From positions 40,760-104,759 of the IMG/VR virus record IMGVR_UViG_3300025039_000014: a DNA stretch of 64,000 nucleotides; one strand, written 5' to 3'. Below the pieces are notes generated by a model. The model saw only the letters and a list, made by a program, of their open reading frames with translations. It made no database searches and was not told where the DNA came from. The position numbers were made by a program, and so were the translations under genes. Below are positions 59,105 through 64,000 of this stretch, piece after piece. Source of the DNA: a virus. How positions within the stretch are numbered: position 1 is the first letter of the stretch; the number at the start of each line of letters is the position of its first letter.

Positions 59105-59400
59105 TCTTCGGGGCCATCCCAGCAATGATTTTCTTCGACTGGACCGACTACGAAGACCCGATCTCGCTCGCTCTCACCCTGACCTACTGGACCTTCCTGA
59201 TGATGTCGGTCTTCTACCTGTTCTGGGCGACGTTGATCGGCTATCGCCGGCACCACAAGGCAGGACGAGATAACCCGCTTCGCTATCGCATCAACTACGC
59301 CATCATCATCGGCTCCGTAATGGGCGCCGGTATCGGTCCCATCTTTGGCTCAGCCGGGACGATGATGGCCATTCTCCCCACCATCGCTTTCAACCTCTAA
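59086..59400 (+). CDS. Membrane protein
   Basis: AGGAG RBS; three hydrophobic segments. Confidence 0.6.
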   Translation: MWIVALIFGAIPAMIFFDWTDYEDPISLALTLTYWTFLMMSVFYLFWATLIGYRRHHKAGRDNPLRYRINYAIIIGSVMGAGIGPIFGSAGTMMAILPTIAFNL

Positions 59401-59409
59401 GGGAAACTC

Positions 59410-60720
59410 ATGACTGCTATGCCCGCCATCGAACGTTGCCCCGGCGACACCGTTTACGAACTGATCATCAAAGCCAAGCTGGCCAACCTGGTCACACGAA
59501 AGGCGCTGATCGCCGAACTACTTAACGTCGAGGGGGATGCCTTTGCTCGACGCCAGGAGGTGATGCATTTTCTCTACTCGCCTCTTGTGCGCTTCAACGT
59601 GAAGCCGAAGAAAGACTGGATCGTCGGCACTGATGTGCCAACCGCTACATGGCCACAAGCCCGAGAACTGCTGCTTCAACTGTCGAAGCGCGAGATCACC
59701 GGCAACGCTGCCAAGGAAGCGGCGGAGAACATGATGGCTACACTCAGCCCAGTCTACGCCGACCTGTTCAAGCGATGCCTCGAGAAACGGCCAGACGCGG
59801 GTATGGGGGCCACGATCGTCAACAAAGAGCTGCCGCGCTATATCCCCCAGTTTAAATGCTCTCTGGCGGCCCCGTTCGAACTTCAACGCTGCAAATGGCC
59901 AATGATCGTTCAGCCCAAACTGGATGGCGTTCGAACCCTGGCACACGTCGACATGACTCAGGGCACCGTGAAGCACTACAGCCGCGAGGGACTGGAGTTC
60001 ACCTCCAACGCTCACCTGAACGAAGACCTGATTCGCCTGGCTCACGCCATCGGCCAGATCATCGGTGAGACGAACGGTATCGTGCTGGACGGCGAGGTCT
60101 ATGGGGAGAACTTCAAGGAGACCATCAGCGCGACACGCAAGAAGGATGGCTCCTGCGCCACGACCAAGTTCCACATCTACGATTTCATCCCGGCAGCCGA
60201 CTTCTTCGATCAAGCGTCACACACCATCCAGCAGGAGCGCTCGAAGACCATTCTTGCCGCCTGCGACACGATCAAGATGGAAACGGTCCACTGGGTAGCC
60301 AGCCGGGTAGCGCGTAGCCTGGAGGACGCCATGACCGCCTACGAGACATTCAAGGCTGCTGGCTATGAAGGTGCGGTGCTCAAAGACCCGAGTGTTACCT
60401 ATCGGTTCAAGCGCGGCTTCCACTGGATCAAGATGAAGCCGGAAGAGACGGTCGATCTGCTCATCACTGGCTGGGAAGAAGGAACCGGCAAGTATGTCGG
60501 TCAGATTGGCGCGCTGATCGTCGATTACAGCGGGGTGAGTGTTCGGGTAGGCTCCGGGCTTACCGACGCGCTACGCGTCTCCCTGTGGGCTGAGCGCGAT
60601 GATCTGGAAGGTCGTATGATCGAGGTTAGCTACATGGAAGAAACGCCGGACAAGTCCCTGCGCCACCCGGTCTTCGTCTGCTTCCGCGACCTCCCGGAAG
60701 CCCCTGGCAGCAAGGTCTGA
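59410..60720 (+). CDS. ATP-dependent DNA ligase
   Basis: KLDGVR, LDGE, YD, EGAVLK, WIKMK, VGSG, SLRHPVF. Confidence 0.95.
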   Translation: MTAMPAIERCPGDTVYELIIKAKLANLVTRKALIAELLNVEGDAFARRQEVMHFLYSPLVRFNVKPKKDWIVGTDVPTATWPQARELLLQLSKREITGNAAKEAAENMMATLSPVYADLFKRCLEKRPDAGMGATIVNKELPRYIPQFKCSLAAPFELQRCKWPMIVQPKLDGVRTLAHVDMTQGTVKHYSREGLEFTSNAHLNEDLIRLAHAIGQIIGETNGIVLDGEVYGENFKETISATRKKDGSCATTKFHIYDFIPAADFFDQASHTIQQERSKTILAACDTIKMETVHWVASRVARSLEDAMTAYETFKAAGYEGAVLKDPSVTYRFKRGFHWIKMKPEETVDLLITGWEEGTGKYVGQIGALIVDYSGVSVRVGSGLTDALRVSLWAERDDLEGRMIEVSYMEETPDKSLRHPVFVCFRDLPEAPGSKV

Positions 60721-60723
60721 ACG

Positions 60724-60743
60724 GTAAGTAAGCATTTGCTTAC
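60724..60743. promoter_or_regulatory. Palindromic operator-like motif, copy 16, covering the -35 of a sigma70 promoter
   Basis: GTAAGTAAGCATTTGCTTAC; TTGCTT(60736)-17 bp-TATAAT(60759). Confidence 0.8.
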
Positions 60744-60810
60744 TATGCTGGACAACGGTATAATTGACATTGCACCAGCAGGCGCAGTGCGTTGGTTGTG
60801 ATTTGGGAGA

Positions 60811-60842
60811 AAGGGACACCCTAAGCGTGTCCCTATTTTTTT
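60811..60842 (+). terminator. Rho-independent terminator
   Basis: AGGGACAC-cctaagc-GTGTCCCT-ATTTTTTT. Confidence 0.75.
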
Positions 60843-60931
60843 GTGTAAAAATTCATGTCTGCCCATTAAAGAAAATGTGACATTATTCGCGCATAAAATG
60901 ATAGTCACAGAATTTTTTACAGGGGTCGGAA

Positions 60932-62062
60932 ATGAGCGTTTCGCTAATCTTATCGATAGCGTTATTCATCTGTATCTTTTATTTCGCCTATTCACTGTAT
61001 TCGACTATTAAGCCAAACCGTTTTCTGGACACACGAAAGCGTGCGTTCAAAAACGTGTTGGTGGCTGCCTTTTCGATATATGTGGCGGTGTTGGTCAACC
61101 AGCGATATGTCGATTGGGTTAGTGAAAATACTCAACAGGTCGCCGGGAAGCAGAACACCTCACAAGTTGAAGCCGCCGATCAGCAGAAGCCAGTCGATAC
61201 CGAAAGCGAAAAATCAGAATCAGCCATGAAGGTGTCGACTCAGGATTCCCCGGCACCACAGACCTGCGGAACGGAAGGGATCGTCTTCAATGACGTCGTT
61301 GCGGTCAGTGGATCGAATGACATTCACGAGTCACCTGGGAAAGACACCCCTCGCCTCGTGAATGAGAAAGCCACGAAGGCATTAGGTAAGACCTTCTATC
61401 AGAGCGTCGATTCATCAACCTCTGTGCGCCGACTCTGCGTGCAGTCTGACTGGACCGAGATTCAAATCGTTTCGCCAGACTGGCTGACGCACGTCCACGG
61501 CTGGGTTCCCTCGACAGCTCTGCGACAGATCGAGACCGATCAGAGCGGCAAGCGCCAATACGTCGAAGAGGATATCTACTGGGATAAGGACACATCGAAG
61601 TTCAAACCTCAAATCATCGCCGCAGTAAATCGCATCTCGCGGGAAAATGCGCAATGCGTGAAGCCTGAGCCGAGCCTGGTTGCCAAATCACCGAGCAAAA
61701 GCAAGGCTGGCGATCCGGTCTTCTTCCTGACCTGTGAGAATGCCAAAGGGCAGATGTTCAACGTGTGGTTCCGGCCCGATGAAGTGAAAGATCAAACCCA
61801 TTCTTTCGCGGCGATCAAACCGCTCGACCGGACAGTCGCTGTCAATTCCTGCGAGGCGGCAGCCAAGAACGCAGCCACCCACCCCTCGACCGTCGACTTC
61901 TCTCGCATCATGGAACTGGGCTATGCCACACAGCCGTCCGGGCGTTCAGAAGTTATCTCGTCCTTCACGGCCAAGAACTCCTTCAATCTGGAACTGAAAT
62001 ACCAGATTCGCTGCCTGTTCGATGGGAATCAGATGATCGAGACGAGCATCTGGGAAATTTGA
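60932..62062 (+). CDS. Membrane-anchored periplasmic protein (SH3-like domain; moron-like)
   Basis: Two N-terminal TM helices; W..I....HGWV; C-terminal FTAKNSF. Confidence 0.7.
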   Translation: MSVSLILSIALFICIFYFAYSLYSTIKPNRFLDTRKRAFKNVLVAAFSIYVAVLVNQRYVDWVSENTQQVAGKQNTSQVEAADQQKPVDTESEKSESAMKVSTQDSPAPQTCGTEGIVFNDVVAVSGSNDIHESPGKDTPRLVNEKATKALGKTFYQSVDSSTSVRRLCVQSDWTEIQIVSPDWLTHVHGWVPSTALRQIETDQSGKRQYVEEDIYWDKDTSKFKPQIIAAVNRISRENAQCVKPEPSLVAKSPSKSKAGDPVFFLTCENAKGQMFNVWFRPDEVKDQTHSFAAIKPLDRTVAVNSCEAAAKNAATHPSTVDFSRIMELGYATQPSGRSEVISSFTAKNSFNLELKYQIRCLFDGNQMIETSIWEI

Positions 62063-62091
62063 TAGGCAAAGGGCGCCTCGGCGCCCCGGTA

Positions 62092-62496
62092 TTATTTTTT
62101 AGCCAAATCTGCCTCCTCAAACAGTTTAGCGAGGTGTGCTTGAACTTTGCGGAGTTCGGGCGTGTCCATAACCGTAACGCCCTCGTTCTCTGCGGTCTCG
62201 CACGTATCTGGTGAACCTCCTGCTGCCACTTCTCGAACATGAAGCGTGTTCTGAAAGTCCTGTTCTAGATGAGCGGTAGAGAAAGGATGGTTTGGATCAG
62301 CAGCGCGATCTGCTACCCCTCTCCAAGAATGGATTTCCTTGTTTGCCCTTCTCCAAGTCATATCGGGCTCAGACTTGACCAAATTTAGAGCCGCCTGCTC
62401 TCTAGCTTTATCTTCACCGTATCTTGCCTTGCAATTCTGAAAACCGCGTTCATGGGGAATAGAAGCACCTACGCACTTAGTGACATCGTCTGACAT
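62092..62496 (-). CDS. Hypothetical protein downstream of the integrase
   Basis: GGAGGTG RBS before MSDDVTK; lower GC than the phage core. Confidence 0.6.
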   Translation of the reverse strand: MSDDVTKCVGASIPHERGFQNCKARYGEDKAREQAALNLVKSEPDMTWRRANKEIHSWRGVADRAADPNHPFSTAHLEQDFQNTLHVREVAAGGSPDTCETAENEGVTVMDTPELRKVQAHLAKLFEEADLAKK

Positions 62497-62626
62497 AAAT
62501 TGCACCTCCGATGCGTTGTGTTGGGTTTGTTGAGGTCGTCCCCGACGGACACGATGACTTTTTAACAATAGGGTCACGTAATCGATATTCAAGTCAGAAT
62601 GTAAGATATTTCCTACAAAGATTAAA

Positions 62627-64000
62627 TCAGAGTTTACTGATATTAGGTGGCCTAGTGATATTTGGCCCACCTTGAGTGTCGGCGATCGCGTTTAGAGTGT
62701 TGCTCAAATGCTGCTGCCGGATATGGCCATAGTTCTTGATCGTAGTCTCGATGTCCGAATGCCCCATGAGCTTGCTCACCGACAGGAAGTCGGCACCAGC
62801 CATGATGAGCTGACTCGCGAAGTTGTGCCGTAGCGTGTAAAGGTCCATGTCATCGGGCAGGTCACACAACGACTTGATCCGCGTCCAGGGCTTCCTGAGA
62901 CCACCTTTCGACAGTCGCTTCCCGGTTCGCGGCGAGGGAAACACCGGCCCCTTCCTCGGATCACCCTGCTGGTCTCTCCACGTCGTGAGCACCTGAGATA
63001 GTTGACCGGCCAGGGGGAAACTCATCCGCCCCATATCGTGGTGAGCAATCTTCTCGATCACCTTGTTGACGATGGTCACGTCGCGATCCAAGTGAGTCCA
63101 CTCAAGACCCAGCACATCTCCGGGGCGAAACCCTCCATAGTAGATGCAGAGGATGGCCGGCACGACGTGGTCGACATAGGTAAGATTGGAGAGATCAGCT
63201 CGGTGCGAATTCGACTTCTTTTGCAGCGAGCGTGCGCGGGCCTCCCGCTTTGATTCATTGTAGCGTTCGAGCCCTTTATGCAGCTCGGTGATCTCCCAAG
63301 GCTCCAGCGCCCTCCTTTCACCCACCGAGTGATTCTCAGCCTCGGTTGCAGGCGGCCTTTTCAGCTTCACCCCTTTCAGTGGATTCGCCGACAGGAACTC
63401 TTCCTCGACCGCATGATTGAGCATCGCCTGGATAACGGCATAGGAGCGCTTGATGGTGACGTGCGCCAATCCCGATCCCTCGAGTCGCATCTGCCAGCGT
63501 TTGACCAGGTGCTTGTCGAGCTCGGTCATGTTCTTGCCACGCCAGCCGGTAAAGTGCCGCTGGAATCGCTGAACGTCGTCCTTGCCGCCTTTGTTGCGTA
63601 GTAGATGGGCCTCGTAATGCCGATCGAAATACCCGCCAACGGAGCGTGAGAGCTCCAACTCCCGCTCACGGGTGGCAGCCGCCTCGTTACGCCTGGCTTC
63701 CTCTAGCCTGGCAATACGATCTGACTTGGGGTCGATACCAAGCGCCAGCTGCCTCGCATAGTCGGCAGCGATGAGTCGCGCATCGCTTGGGGAGATCGCC
63801 GGATAGGTGCCGATCTTGAGCTTCGGCCGGGTGTCATTGACCAGGGAGCGATAGCGGAAATAATAGGTCGGCTTTCCCCGCGTCCCGATCTGAACCAGAA
63901 AACCACTGATCTTGGTGTCGTTTAGGAGGGTTAGCTTGTCGCGAAGCGCAGTTTTGAGGGTCGTTTCGTTGATCATGACCCGTTTAGAACGATCAGCCAT
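62627..64000 (-). CDS. int: Tyrosine recombinase/integrase with arm-binding domain
   Basis: D....GF...G..TYYFRY...IG.YPAIS arm domain; G.R.G, YTLRHNFAS, MGHSDI.TT..NY. Confidence 0.93.
   Translation of the reverse strand: MADRSKRVMINETTLKTALRDKLTLLNDTKISGFLVQIGTRGKPTYYFRYRSLVNDTRPKLKIGTYPAISPSDARLIAADYARQLALGIDPKSDRIARLEEARRNEAAATRERELELSRSVGGYFDRHYEAHLLRNKGGKDDVQRFQRHFTGWRGKNMTELDKHLVKRWQMRLEGSGLAHVTIKRSYAVIQAMLNHAVEEEFLSANPLKGVKLKRPPATEAENHSVGERRALEPWEITELHKGLERYNESKREARARSLQKKSNSHRADLSNLTYVDHVVPAILCIYYGGFRPGDVLGLEWTHLDRDVTIVNKVIEKIAHHDMGRMSFPLAGQLSQVLTTWRDQQGDPRKGPVFPSPRTGKRLSKGGLRKPWTRIKSLCDLPDDMDLYTLRHNFASQLIMAGADFLSVSKLMGHSDIETTIKNYGHIRQQHLSNTLNAIADTQGGPNITRPPNISKL

Overview
The whole window reads as one large temperate siphophage or phage-plasmid region, with a gene order reminiscent of SSU5/pHCM2-type elements. 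The host is probably a Gammaproteobacterium. From left to right it holds: small accessory genes and long repeat-rich non-coding tracts; a compositionally extreme 1.3-kb island; a full-length seryl-tRNA synthetase; a divergent helicase / ParB-ParB-ABC ATPase-GNAT module beside the terminase; a complete head and tail operon with a -1 frameshifted tail chaperone; lysis genes; two paralogous fibre genes; PhoH; an Hfq-like protein; DnaB and primase; Nmad5; a TAXI binding protein; DNA ligase; and a tyrosine integrase at the right edge. The strongest unexplained signal is at 8732-10017. This stretch has no GG[CGT] or [ACG]CC trinucleotide at all (only GGA/TCC), although the surrounding genome is rich in them, and its two genes appear recoded to obey the rule. 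Together with the putative base-modification module next to the terminase, it suggests a sequence-specific virion DNA-modification system with a deliberately target-free zone (inference). A 20-bp palindrome GTAAGTMA-N4-TTACTTAC occurs 16 times at gene junctions, and several other dispersed motifs are present. All motif counts are by eye and family calls are from motif recognition; no searches were run.
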